A DNA stretch of 64,000 bases from Acidimicrobiales bacterium (GCA_024638845.1 JAHEJN010000002.1:838-64837), one strand, 5' to 3'. Counted from the stretch's first letter, positions 1-9,240 are shown. A program made the numbers and translations. The notes: a model not told the origin generated them from the sequence alone.

Positions 1-542
1 CGCTCGCCGTAGCCGGCGACGACGCAGTCGCGCGCTTCGGCCGGGATCACGAAGTTGCCGCCCGCCATCTCCGCGGTGAGCATCGTGCCCAGGTCGGTGG
101 CGTCGACACAGGCGTACATGGAGTCGAGCAGGGCATCGACGTCGCCCTGATCGATCGGCCCGCCGTTGGTGTCGAGCTCGGCGAGGCGGGCCAACCCCAG
201 GTTGTCGACCATCTCGATGACGATGCAGTCGGCATCGTTCTCGCCGAACGTGTCGATGAAGTCGTTGTCGAGGTAGGCGCGCGCCCGGGCCAGCTCGTCG
301 TCGGACGCCGCGGCCTCATCGGGCCCCTCGGACTCGGGCGCCGGCTCGTCGGTGGCTGGCACCGGTTCCTGATCGGCCGCAGGCTCATCGGGCCCCTCGG
401 ACTCGGGCGCCGGGTCGTCGGTGGCCGGCGACGGTTCCTGATCGGCCCCGGTGGCGATCGACACGCCGCCGTTGTTGCTGCATGCCGAGAACGCCACGGC
501 CGACGACAGGATGACAGCGAGAACGAAGCGGTGGGGAATCAC
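1..542 (-). CDS. Secreted lipoprotein, C-terminally truncated by the window edge
   Basis: My own minus-strand translation from GTG (542-540) gives VIPHRFVLAVILSSAVAFSACSNNGG..., i.e. a signal peptide plus lipobox Cys. It continues into an acidic Pro-rich linker and a Cys-containing C-terminal part resembling the next gene. It runs off base 1, so it is absent from the ORF track. Confidence 0.6.
   Translation of the reverse strand, partial: MIPHRFVLAVILSSAVAFSACSNNGGVSIATGADQEPSPATDDPAPESEGPDEPAADQEPVPATDEPAPESEGPDEAAASDDELARARAYLDNDFIDTFGENDADCIVIEMVDNLGLARLAELDTNGGPIDQGDVDALLDSMYACVDATDLGTMLTAEMAGGNFVIPAEARDCVVAGYGE
315..452. repeat. 69-bp x2 near-perfect tandem duplication inside the lipoprotein linker
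   Basis: ctcatcgggcccctcggactcgggcgccgg(c/g)tcgtcggtggc(t/c)ggc..cggttcctgatcggcc starts at 315 and again at 384. The 69-nt period equals 23 codons (DQEP.PATD.PAPESEGPDE.AA). Confidence 0.85.
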
Positions 543-596
543 GATGGTCCAGTCGTTGCGGGGCGCAGGGTCACCAGGGTATTTCGCGGGGAGTGG

Positions 597-1238
597 TCAG
601 CCGAGGAGGCGGGCCAGCTCGTCGTCGCTCAGACAACTGACGACGGTGTCGACGCCGATCTGGTCGACCTCCGCGGGCACGGCGGCCAGATCGCGCTCGG
701 CCGCCCAGAGGGCCGCCGTGGTCGCCGCTTTGGCCACGACCGGATCGGCGAAGGCCACGTCGAGACAGTCGAGGGTCGGCTCCGACAGCGCCAGCCCGGC
801 GGCGTCGGCGTAGAGCCGACCAGGGTTCTCGAGGTCGGCACTGCAGATGCTCATCAACTCACCGACGGGTGGGATCTCGTCGTCGTTCAGACCGGTGTCG
901 GGCAGCTGGATCGATCGATCGGGGCCGAGGACCTGAACGATCCCGGCGATCGCGCAGTCGAGCGACACCTGGTCGATCGAGATTCCCGAGGATTCTTGGG
1001 CGGTTCCCAACACCCACGCAGCGGCTGCGGCCTCCACGGGTGCGACCTCGGCATCGGGCGGTACCAGGATCTCGATGACCGGCCCCGACGGCTCCGGAGC
1101 GGGATTCTCCTCGATGGCGACCGGTTCGGCCTGCGGAACGGCCAAAGGTCGGCCGACCATGGGTTCATCGACGGCGCAGGAGGCGAGGAGCACCGAACAC
1201 GCGAACAGCGCGAACAGCACCCGATGGGCACGGAGCAT
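597..1238 (-). CDS. Secreted lipoprotein, family unknown
   Basis: From ORF 597..1307(-). The internal Met at 1238 gives MLRAHRVLFALFACSVLLASCAV (signal peptide plus lipobox). The C-terminal region has spaced Cys residues (LDCAIAG, SICSAD, LDCLDVA, VSCLSDDE). Confidence 0.6.
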   Translation of the reverse strand: MLRAHRVLFALFACSVLLASCAVDEPMVGRPLAVPQAEPVAIEENPAPEPSGPVIEILVPPDAEVAPVEAAAAAWVLGTAQESSGISIDQVSLDCAIAGIVQVLGPDRSIQLPDTGLNDDEIPPVGELMSICSADLENPGRLYADAAGLALSEPTLDCLDVAFADPVVAKAATTAALWAAERDLAAVPAEVDQIGVDTVVSCLSDDELARLLG

Positions 1239-1441
1239 TTCCACCCATCGGCACGATGGGCCGCTTCCCTTAGTCTCGTGACAGTCTCGTGACGGAACAC
1301 CCCCCACCCATCTGCGCGGCCGATTGCCACGAGCCGACGGCGGCCAGCCACTACGTTCCTGCTAAGCAGGCTCGGTGGCGCCCGTCGAGCCCTACACTGA
1401 TTCGCGCACCCGAACACCAGTTCGCCTCCCTGGAGCCCCTC

Positions 1442-3868
1442 GTGTCCGACCAACAGGAACTCGCACTCGTGCCCTTCGCCCGCGAAGTGGTGGAGGTACC
1501 CGTCGCCGACGAGATGTCGGAGTCGTTCCTCGCGTACTCGCTCTCGGTCATCACCAGCCGGGCCATCCCCGACGTGCGAGACGGGCTCAAACCCGTGCAG
1601 CGCCGCATCCTGTACTCGATGCTGCAGATGGGCATCCGCCCCGAGAACCCGCACCGGAAGTGCGCCAGGGTGGTCGGCGACACCATGGGCCGGTATCACC
1701 CCCACGGCGACCAGGCCATCTACGAGGCGTTGGTGCGCATGGGCCAGGACTTCTCCCGCATGGTCACCCTCGTCGACCCCCACGGCAACTTCGGCAGCCT
1801 CGACGACCCGCCCGCCGCGCCGCGCTACACCGAGTGTCGGCTCACTGCGGCGGCGATGGAGATGATCGGGGAGATCACCGAGGACACCGTCGACTTCCGA
1901 CCCACCTACGACGGCGAGGACGACGAGCCGGTCTGTCTGCCCGGTCTGATCCCCAACCTGCTGGTGAACGGCGGGACCGGCATCGCCGTCGGCATGGCGA
2001 CCAACATGCCCACCCACAATCTCGGCGAGATCGCCGCCGCCATCGAGCTGGTGATGACCCGACGTCGCCCGCGGCCCACCATCGACCAGCTCATGGCATG
2101 CGTACCCGGTCCCGACTTCCCGTCGGGGGCCATCATGATCGACGACGGCATCCGCCAGGCCTACGAAACCGGTCGCGGTGCGGTTCGCATGCGCGCCCGC
2201 GCCGACGTCGAGCAACGCACCGCCCGTAGCCAGAGCATCGTGGTCACCGAACTGCCCTTCCAGGTCGGCCCCGAGAAGGTGGTCGCCCGGATCAACGAGC
2301 TGGTCGCCAACGACAAGGTCCCGGGTATCGCCGATGTGAAGAACCTCTCCGATCGCTCGACCGGCCTCCGCATCCAGATCGAATGCAAGCCCGACGTCAA
2401 CGCCCAGGCGGTGCTCGGACACCTGTTCCGCCTGACGCCTCTCGAGGAGACCTTCGGCATCAACAACGTGGTGCTGGTGAACGGCACCCCCCAGACACTC
2501 GGGTTGTACGACCTCTGCCGGCACTACATCACCCACCGGCTCGACATCGTGGTCCGCCGGAGCACCTATCGCCTCGAGCGAGCCCGGGCCCGCCTGCACA
2601 TCGTCGAGGGTCTCGTCGTCGCGCTCGACAACATCGACCTCGTGGTCGCCATCATCCGCAGCTCCGCCGACGTGGCCGAGGCACGAGAGCGACTCATGGC
2701 CGAACTGGCGCTCAGCGAGATCCAGGCCACCCACATACTCGACATGCAGCTGCGTCGCCTCACGGCGCTGGAGAAGCAGAAGATCCTCGACGAACGCGAC
2801 TCGCTGCTGGCCGGCATCGACGAGTTGGAGAAGCTGTTGGGTTCCGAGCAACGACAGCGGACTCTCGTGCTCAACGAGCTCAAGGGAGCCGTCGAACGTC
2901 ACGGGCGCGAGCGTCGTACGCAGATCGTGGCGCCCGACGAGCTGCCGGTCTACGACAACCTCGAGGTCACGCCGAGCACGACCACTGCCCCGGCGACCGA
3001 CGAGCCGTGCGTGATCACGTTGTCCACGTCGGGCACCGTCGGTCGCGCTCCCACCGAGGGAGCTCGACGAGCCACCCCCGGTCGCCACGACGTGTTGGTC
3101 GCAGCTGCCGTCGCCACCACCGCTCGCCGGATCGCCGGAGTGACGTCGCAGGGTCGGCTCGTGATCGTCTCGGCCCACGAGCTGGGCGAGGTCGAAGGTC
3201 GGAGCCGAGGGTCGACCGCCACGCAGGTCTTCGGTATCACCCGAGGGGAGGCGCTCCTGACCGTTGTGGCCGAGGGCACCGACGAGAACCTCGTGGTCGT
3301 CACGAGCAATGGCGTGGCCAAACGGCTGACTCCCGACGAGCTGTTCGAGACCCGTTCGGGCAAGACGATCATCTCGCTGCGAGACGACGACGTGGTCGTC
3401 GGTGCATTCACCTGCCCCGACGGCGCCGACATCGCCATGGTCACCTCCGACGCCCAGGTGCTGCGGACCGCGGCGTCGGGCATCAGCGTGCAGGGTCGCG
3501 GGGCCGGCGGTATCGCCGGCATGAAGGTCCGCACCGGTGCGACCGTGATCGCCGCAGGACCGGTACTGCCCGACGCGATCATCGTGTCGGTCACCGATGC
3601 GGGTGCGGCCAAGGCGACCGCATTCGACGAGATCGAGGCCAAGGGTCGCAACGGTCAGGGGGTGCGGCTCACCCGCCTCGGTGGCGACTCGCTCGTACTG
3701 GCTCGGATCGGCTCGCCCGTCGGGCTGATGGCCATGATGTCCACCGACGACGATCCGACCAAGGCCGACCCCACCCCCGTGCCCCTCGAGCTCGAGATCA
3801 CCCGACGCGATCTCCTCAGTACGGTCACCGAGCGCCGAATCCTCGCCATCGGCACGGCCCGCTGGTGA
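1442..3868 (+). CDS. Type IIA DNA topoisomerase subunit A (ParC/GyrA family, ParC-like)
   Basis: From ORF 1289..3868. Motifs seen: RAIPDVRDGLKPVQRRILY, HPHGD, the catalytic Tyr region AAPRYTECRL, and LVNGGTGIAVGMATN. No QRRGGKG GyrA-box is visible in the C-terminal domain. The start is uncertain (GTG 1289 or GTG 1442); I chose 1442 to leave a promoter gap to the divergent gene. Confidence 0.9.
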   Translation: MSDQQELALVPFAREVVEVPVADEMSESFLAYSLSVITSRAIPDVRDGLKPVQRRILYSMLQMGIRPENPHRKCARVVGDTMGRYHPHGDQAIYEALVRMGQDFSRMVTLVDPHGNFGSLDDPPAAPRYTECRLTAAAMEMIGEITEDTVDFRPTYDGEDDEPVCLPGLIPNLLVNGGTGIAVGMATNMPTHNLGEIAAAIELVMTRRRPRPTIDQLMACVPGPDFPSGAIMIDDGIRQAYETGRGAVRMRARADVEQRTARSQSIVVTELPFQVGPEKVVARINELVANDKVPGIADVKNLSDRSTGLRIQIECKPDVNAQAVLGHLFRLTPLEETFGINNVVLVNGTPQTLGLYDLCRHYITHRLDIVVRRSTYRLERARARLHIVEGLVVALDNIDLVVAIIRSSADVAEARERLMAELALSEIQATHILDMQLRRLTALEKQKILDERDSLLAGIDELEKLLGSEQRQRTLVLNELKGAVERHGRERRTQIVAPDELPVYDNLEVTPSTTTAPATDEPCVITLSTSGTVGRAPTEGARRATPGRHDVLVAAAVATTARRIAGVTSQGRLVIVSAHELGEVEGRSRGSTATQVFGITRGEALLTVVAEGTDENLVVVTSNGVAKRLTPDELFETRSGKTIISLRDDDVVVGAFTCPDGADIAMVTSDAQVLRTAASGISVQGRGAGGIAGMKVRTGATVIAAGPVLPDAIIVSVTDAGAAKATAFDEIEAKGRNGQGVRLTRLGGDSLVLARIGSPVGLMAMMSTDDDPTKADPTPVPLELEITRRDLLSTVTERRILAIGTARW

Positions 3869-3884
3869 GCCGAGGAGCCTTCCG

Positions 3885-5909
3885 ATGAACCCCACCACCG
3901 GTTACGACGCCGACTCGATCCAGACTCTCGAAGGGCTCGAGGCCGTCCGCAAGCGGCCGGGCATGTACATCGGCGGCACCGGCAGCGACGGGCTCATGCA
4001 CCTGGTGTGGGAGCTCATCGACAACGGGGTCGACGAAGCCGCCGCCGGGCACGCCAACCGCATCGATGTGACCCTGCATCGCGACCGCACCGTCGAGGTG
4101 GCCGACAACGGGCGGGGTATTCCCATCGATCTCCACGCCAAGCGCAAGGTGTCGGCGCTCGAGGTCGTGTTCACCGAGCTGCATGCGGGCGGGAAGTTCG
4201 GTGGCGGTGCCTACGGATCCTCGGGTGGGCTGCACGGCGTCGGGGCCTCGGTGGTGAACGCCTTGGCAACCAGGCTGGTGGCCGAGGTCGACCGCAACGG
4301 CGCCACGTGGCGGCTGGCGTTCAACGAGCGGGTGGCCGGCCGATTCGACGGCTCGAAGTTCACCAAGACCCACGAGCTCGAGAAGGTGAAGTCGATCTCG
4401 AAGAAGAAGACGGGCACCCGGATCCGGTTCCTTCCCGACCACGAGATCTTCGATCCCGAGGCCGCCATCGACTTCGAGACGATCTGCGAACGGGTCACCC
4501 GAGCCTGCTTCCTCGTCCCCGGTCTGCGCATCACCGTCACCGACAAGCGGTCGGGCACCGACAACGAACCGTTCGAGTTCGTCTCGCGTGGCGGTCTCGC
4601 CGATCTCGTCGACGAGGCGTCGATCGGCGATCCCGTCACCAAGATCATCCATCTCAACGGCATCGACACCTTCGAGGAGAAGGTGCCGGTCCACGGCAAG
4701 ATGACCCTCGTCGAGCGCGAGGTCACCGTCGACATCGCCCTCCGGTGGGTCAAGGGTTTCGACACCCGTGTCAGCTCGTTCGTCAACACCATTCCCACCG
4801 CCGAGGGTGGTACCCATCTCACCGGGTTCGAGCGCGCGCTCACGCGCGCGGTGAACGACGTCCTGTTGGCCAACACGCGGAAGCTGGCCAAGCTGGCCAG
4901 GCAGGGCAAGGACCGCGCCAGCAAGGAAGACATCCAGGAGGGCCTGGTCGCGGCGGTCAAGGTCACGCTTCCGGAACCACAGTTCCGGGGCCAGACCAAG
5001 CAAGAGCTCGGCACGCCCCCGGTGCAGAGCATCGTGTACGAGATCGCCAAGACGGGCCTGGTCGAGTGGTTCGACAACGACGGACCCAAGAGCCACGTGA
5101 ACGCGCTGCGCGACAAGGTCGCGACCGCCGTGATCAACCGCGTGGCGAGCCGTCAGGTGCTCGACAACAAGCGCAAGGCGGCCAGCCTGGGCTCGGCCGG
5201 CATGCCCGACAAGCTGGCTGATTGCCGCACTCATGGCCCCGACGCCGAGCTGCTCATCGTCGAGGGAGACTCGGCCGCCGGGCCGGCCAAAGCCGGCCGG
5301 AACTCCGAGAACATGGCGATCCTGCCGCTGCGAGGCAAGGTCGTGAACGCAGGCAAAGCCACCGCCAAGCAGGTGCTCGACAACGCCGAGGCCCAGGCCC
5401 TCATCACCGCGGTGGGGGCCGGCTCCGGCAAGGATTTCGACCTCGATGCGGCACGGTACGGTCGCATCATCATCCTCTGTGACGCCGACGTCGACGGCAG
5501 TCACATCCGCTGCCTCCTGCTCACGCTGATCTACCACTACATGCGACCGTTGCTCGATGCAGGCCGCGTGTATTCCGCACAACCGCCGCTGTTCTCGGCC
5601 AAGTGGCGGGGCGACACCTACTACGCCTTCACCGACGCCGAACGTGATCGGATCGTCGCCGACGACAATGTGCCCCGTGAGAAGTTCGTGCGCTTCAAGG
5701 GGCTGGGCGAGATGGATGTCGACGAGCTGGCGGAGACCACGCTCGACCCGGAGACCCGGATCCTCAAGCGCATCACCATCGACGACGCCGCGGCGGCCCG
5801 GCAGGCGGCATCGATGTTCGAGGTGCTGATGGGCTCGGATGTGGCCCGGCGCAAGGAGTTCCTGCTCGACAACTCCGATCTCGTCGACGCCGACGCCCTC
5901 GACATCTAG
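3885..5909 (+). CDS. Type IIA DNA topoisomerase subunit B (ParE/GyrB family)
   Basis: N-terminus LEGLEAVRKRPGMYIGGT and ELIDNGVDEA (GHKL ATPase). TOPRIM motifs EGDSAAG and DADVDGSHI. It starts 16 nt after subunit A. Confidence 0.93.
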   Translation: MNPTTGYDADSIQTLEGLEAVRKRPGMYIGGTGSDGLMHLVWELIDNGVDEAAAGHANRIDVTLHRDRTVEVADNGRGIPIDLHAKRKVSALEVVFTELHAGGKFGGGAYGSSGGLHGVGASVVNALATRLVAEVDRNGATWRLAFNERVAGRFDGSKFTKTHELEKVKSISKKKTGTRIRFLPDHEIFDPEAAIDFETICERVTRACFLVPGLRITVTDKRSGTDNEPFEFVSRGGLADLVDEASIGDPVTKIIHLNGIDTFEEKVPVHGKMTLVEREVTVDIALRWVKGFDTRVSSFVNTIPTAEGGTHLTGFERALTRAVNDVLLANTRKLAKLARQGKDRASKEDIQEGLVAAVKVTLPEPQFRGQTKQELGTPPVQSIVYEIAKTGLVEWFDNDGPKSHVNALRDKVATAVINRVASRQVLDNKRKAASLGSAGMPDKLADCRTHGPDAELLIVEGDSAAGPAKAGRNSENMAILPLRGKVVNAGKATAKQVLDNAEAQALITAVGAGSGKDFDLDAARYGRIIILCDADVDGSHIRCLLLTLIYHYMRPLLDAGRVYSAQPPLFSAKWRGDTYYAFTDAERDRIVADDNVPREKFVRFKGLGEMDVDELAETTLDPETRILKRITIDDAAAARQAASMFEVLMGSDVARRKEFLLDNSDLVDADALDI

Positions 5910-5943
5910 CTCGCTGTCACACCCAGGTGTTAGAACTACACCC

Positions 5944-6861
5944 ATGGCATTCGTCGTGACCCCGGAGGCCGAGAGCAACGGAACCGAGAGCAGCGGTACG
6001 AGGCCCACGCGCCTTTCTCCGTCCGGAGCCAGCCTCTTCCGCCAGTGCCCGCGCCGGTGGAAGTTCCGCTATCTCGACCGCCGGCCCGATCCGCCGGGAA
6101 TTCCGGCGCTGGCCGGCACCTTCGCCCACCGTGTGCTCGAGGTCCTGCTCGGCGAGGACCCTCCGGATCGGACGCCCGACCGGGCCAAGGTGATCGCCCG
6201 CGACGTCTGGCCCGAAACCGCCGCCGATCCCGACTTCGTCGCGCTCGACCTCGATGAGGCGGCCGAACGCGAGTTCCGGTGGAGAGGTTGGCTCGCCGTG
6301 CAGGGCCTCTGGGCCATCGAAGATCCCACCGCCGTGCAGGTCGATTCGACCGAGCTCGACATCGAGGTCGAGATCGCCGGTGTGCCCTTCCGAGGCATCG
6401 TCGATCGTATCGATGTGGGCGACGACGGGCGCATCATCAGCGACTACAAGTCCGGTCGGGCGCCGGCGGCACGGTTCGCGGCCGACCGGCTCACCCAGGT
6501 TCTGCTGTACGCCGCGGCCGTCCACGCCGACACCGGCGCCATGCCGACCAGGGCGCGGCTGCTCTATCTCGGTCAGAAGATCGTCGACATCGACGTGACG
6601 GCCGACAACATCGCCGAGGCCGTCAGCGAGCTCCAGGAAACCTGGAGTCGACTCAATGCCGCCTGCGACTCCGGCGAGTTCGAGGCCAGAACCGGGCCGC
6701 TCTGCGGCTGGTGCCCCTTCGTCGAAGGCTGTCCCGAGGGGTCCGACGAGGTCCAGCAACGGGTGAACGAGGGCCGGATGCGACTCGACGCCCCTGCCGT
6801 CGACCTGGTGGCCTTCGAGGAGGCCGCCGCCCTCGCCGATCTCCTCACCGACACCGCCTGA
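5944..6861 (+). CDS. PD-(D/E)XK nuclease, RecB/Cas4-like with a 4-Cys cluster pattern
   Basis: From ORF 5839..6861, using the Met at 5944 (MAFVV...). Features: N-terminal Cys (FRQCPRRW), IVDRID...ISDYKSG core, QVLLYA, and C-terminal CGWCPFVEGC. Confidence 0.8.
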   Translation: MAFVVTPEAESNGTESSGTRPTRLSPSGASLFRQCPRRWKFRYLDRRPDPPGIPALAGTFAHRVLEVLLGEDPPDRTPDRAKVIARDVWPETAADPDFVALDLDEAAEREFRWRGWLAVQGLWAIEDPTAVQVDSTELDIEVEIAGVPFRGIVDRIDVGDDGRIISDYKSGRAPAARFAADRLTQVLLYAAAVHADTGAMPTRARLLYLGQKIVDIDVTADNIAEAVSELQETWSRLNAACDSGEFEARTGPLCGWCPFVEGCPEGSDEVQQRVNEGRMRLDAPAVDLVAFEEAAALADLLTDTA

Positions 6862-6862
6862 C

Positions 6863-7066
6863 TCACCGGCGGCGGTTACGCCACCAGCGCCAGACCGCGA
6901 GGGAGCCCAGGGTGGCGACGACTCCGGTTGCGACGCTCATGGCGATCAGCACCGAGTCGGACGGCGCGGGTTCGGGCGTGACCCTCGGTGAGGCCGGCAC
7001 CCGGTACGTGGCCTCGGAGCTGTCGCTGCGAACCAGATCATGCAGCGGTTCGATCGATTCCGGCAC
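6863..7066 (-). CDS. Hypothetical small protein with a C-terminal TM helix and basic tail
   Basis: 67-aa ORF ending ...VLIAMSVATGVVATLGSLAVWRWWRNRRR. It has a GTG start, no clear RBS and no recognised family, so it may not be real. Confidence 0.25.
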   Translation of the reverse strand: MPESIEPLHDLVRSDSSEATYRVPASPRVTPEPAPSDSVLIAMSVATGVVATLGSLAVWRWWRNRRR

Positions 7067-7115
7067 GGACGCGAGCCTAGTGGCGACACGAGCCTTGTAG
7101 CAGCGAGTTGCCCCG

Positions 7116-7883
7116 TCAGTCGTTGACGGGTTCGGGCAGAGGTCGGCTCAGACAGGGGCCAGCGGACTCGCCCTCGGCGACGACATCGTCCAGGAAGGCG
7201 ATGACCTCCGAGGCTGCCACGGCGTAGGACCGTGCATCGTCGCGCCGCGACGTCGCGAACACCACCCCGACAACCTCACCGCGATCGTTGAACAGGCCCG
7301 AGCCCGACACGCCGGGCGCAACGGCAACGTCGAGCTCGATTGCGGCTCGGCGGGCTCCCGGTCGGCGGTAGATGTCGTCGCCGGTGGCGACGATGCTCCG
7401 CCCGCCATCGGTCGGGCGCTCCTCCATCCGGCCGTCATCGGAGACGGTCACCAGACGGAGCGGCGGCCCTTCGTCGCCGTCGTGGACCTCGACCGGAGTG
7501 AGGTCGGCGCCGGTCACCTGAACGGCCGCGAGGTCTCGGACGGCGTCGAAACCGAGCACGGTTCCCTCGAACGGCTCGTCGGTTCCGATCACGTCCACCG
7601 ACACCTCGACGACGCCAGCCACGACATGGGCATTGGTGACGACCAGATCCGATTCGACGGCCACTCCGCCCCCGACGGAGAGACTGCCGCACGCCTCACC
7701 GGAGACCCGCACGACCGACCGCTCGTCGATCATCACCCGCATCGCGGTCGTCGCCGTCTCGGGAGGCGTCGGCGTCGTCGAACGGTCGGTCGAGCTGCAC
7801 GCCGAAGTCGCGGCGAGCAGCACCGCCGACCAGGCCAGAAGGCCCCTAAAGCGCGTGGGTAGAAGTGCCGATGACCGCGCCAT
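7116..7883 (-). CDS. Trypsin-like (S1 family) serine protease, probable lipoprotein
   Basis: From ORF 7116..8093(-). The Met at 7883 gives MARSSALLPTRFRGLLAWSAVLLAATSACSS (signal peptide). Catalytic-type motifs: VTNAHVV (His), the Asp region VRDLAAVQV, and APGVSGSGLF (Ser). Confidence 0.75.
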   Translation of the reverse strand: MARSSALLPTRFRGLLAWSAVLLAATSACSSTDRSTTPTPPETATTAMRVMIDERSVVRVSGEACGSLSVGGGVAVESDLVVTNAHVVAGVVEVSVDVIGTDEPFEGTVLGFDAVRDLAAVQVTGADLTPVEVHDGDEGPPLRLVTVSDDGRMEERPTDGGRSIVATGDDIYRRPGARRAAIELDVAVAPGVSGSGLFNDRGEVVGVVFATSRRDDARSYAVAASEVIAFLDDVVAEGESAGPCLSRPLPEPVND

Positions 7884-9240
7884 GGAAAGCGCCGAGCTCA
7901 AATCACTCGCCTTCGTGCTGATCGCATCGGTGATTGCACTCCTCGCAGTTGCCGCGTGGCACCACTTCCGCGGCCAACGGCGCATCGTCCTCGACCTTCC
8001 GACCTCGAAGGTAGCCGGGGTCACCCTCGGCCTGACCGAGCTGCACGGTCGAGCGAGCTCGGGACATCCCACGACCAGCCCCCACGGCAGCAACCAATGC
8101 GCATTCTGGCGACAGGAGATCTACGCCGAACGGTCCGACAACGACGGCGACCGGAAGTGGACCAAGATCGGCGACCGAATGGGCGGCCGGGCCCAGCTCG
8201 ATCTGGTCGACGACACCGGCACGATTCGTGTGTGGGTCAAGGGCGCCGAGATCGACATGCCGCTGGTGTACGAAGGCACGCTGTACGAACAACCGGCACC
8301 CGCCACCGAAGGCCTCGATCTGGTCGCCATCCACGCGGGGAACCGCGCACCCGAGCGCCGGGTGAAGGAGTACGCGCTCGAGCTCGGGACCGAGATAATG
8401 GTGGTGGGGACCGCCCGGCTCGACGACAGCGTCGGGCGGCCGGTGATCGGCCCCGACCCGGCGGGCGAGAACCCATTCCTGGTGACCACCCACGACGAGA
8501 AGGGCGTGACGCGTACCCAGAGCATCGCCTCGTGGTTGGCGGCGACGATCGCCGTGGTGGCCGCCGCCGCCTTCGGAATCGCCTGGTACGAAGGCCCGAC
8601 GCTGTTCGCCGAGGGTCATCGGTTCACGGCCGGCTCGTTGCGGGTGCCCCTGGTGTGTGTCGTCACCGTGCTGGGGGTGATGGCGATCCTCTCTGTGTAC
8701 AGCACCTACAACGGGCTCGTTTCTCTGCGCAACCGCGCCCAGAGGGCATGGAGCCTGCTCGACGTGGAGATCGACCGCCGCCATTCCCTGCTGAACCCCC
8801 TCATCGAGCTGGTCAAGGGCGCCCACGCCCACGAGGCGAACCTCCATCGCCGGGTGACGGCGCTTCGTGCCGGCTGGGTCCGCGATCTCCCCGACAAGCC
8901 GAGCGATGACGCGGTGGCCGAGCTCGACGCCCCCCTCGAGCTGGAGGCCCGCGCCGTACGCGATCTGGTGGCGACCGCGGAGGAGTACCCCGATCTCAAG
9001 GCCAACGCCTCGTTTCTCCAGCTCCAACAGCAGTTGGTCGTCACCGAGGACCGCATCGCCCTGGCCCGCCACTTCTACAACGACAGTGTCCAACGCCTCC
9101 GCACCCGTCGAGCCAGCTTCCCCGACTCCTTCGTTGCGTGGTTCTTCGATCTCGACCTCACCGGGGAGTTCACCGAGTACTGGGACCAACGCCTCCCGCG
9201 TTCTCGGTCCTCGTCGTCTCGACCGGCGGTGACCGCATAA
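7882..9240 (+). CDS. Membrane protein fusing a GIDE-like domain (N-terminal) to a LemA domain (C-terminal)
   Basis: From ORF 7633..9240, using the Met at 7882 (MESAELKSLAFVLIASVIALLAVAAW = TM). The N-terminal half (LGLTELHGRA...SPHGSNQCAFWRQEIY...LDLVDDTGTIRVWVKG) looks like the bacterial GIDE domain. After two more TM segments, the C-terminal half (YNGLVSLRNRAQRAWSLLDVEIDRRHSLL...EEYPDLKANASFLQLQQQL...RHFYNDSV) is LemA-like. Confidence 0.75.
   Translation: MESAELKSLAFVLIASVIALLAVAAWHHFRGQRRIVLDLPTSKVAGVTLGLTELHGRASSGHPTTSPHGSNQCAFWRQEIYAERSDNDGDRKWTKIGDRMGGRAQLDLVDDTGTIRVWVKGAEIDMPLVYEGTLYEQPAPATEGLDLVAIHAGNRAPERRVKEYALELGTEIMVVGTARLDDSVGRPVIGPDPAGENPFLVTTHDEKGVTRTQSIASWLAATIAVVAAAAFGIAWYEGPTLFAEGHRFTAGSLRVPLVCVVTVLGVMAILSVYSTYNGLVSLRNRAQRAWSLLDVEIDRRHSLLNPLIELVKGAHAHEANLHRRVTALRAGWVRDLPDKPSDDAVAELDAPLELEARAVRDLVATAEEYPDLKANASFLQLQQQLVVTEDRIALARHFYNDSVQRLRTRRASFPDSFVAWFFDLDLTGEFTEYWDQRLPRSRSSSSRPAVTA

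Noticed and set aside
887-3898. A 1003-aa ORF on the minus strand, antisense to the topoisomerase A gene. Similar cases: 3825..6008(-) at 727 aa, 58161..59975(-) at 604 aa, 17620..18609(-) at 329 aa, and 42538..43518(-).
   Set aside because: The opposite-strand proteins carry unmistakable family motifs. The antisense translations are G/R/D/H/V-rich with no recognisable domains. Long stop-free antisense frames are expected in such GC-rich DNA.
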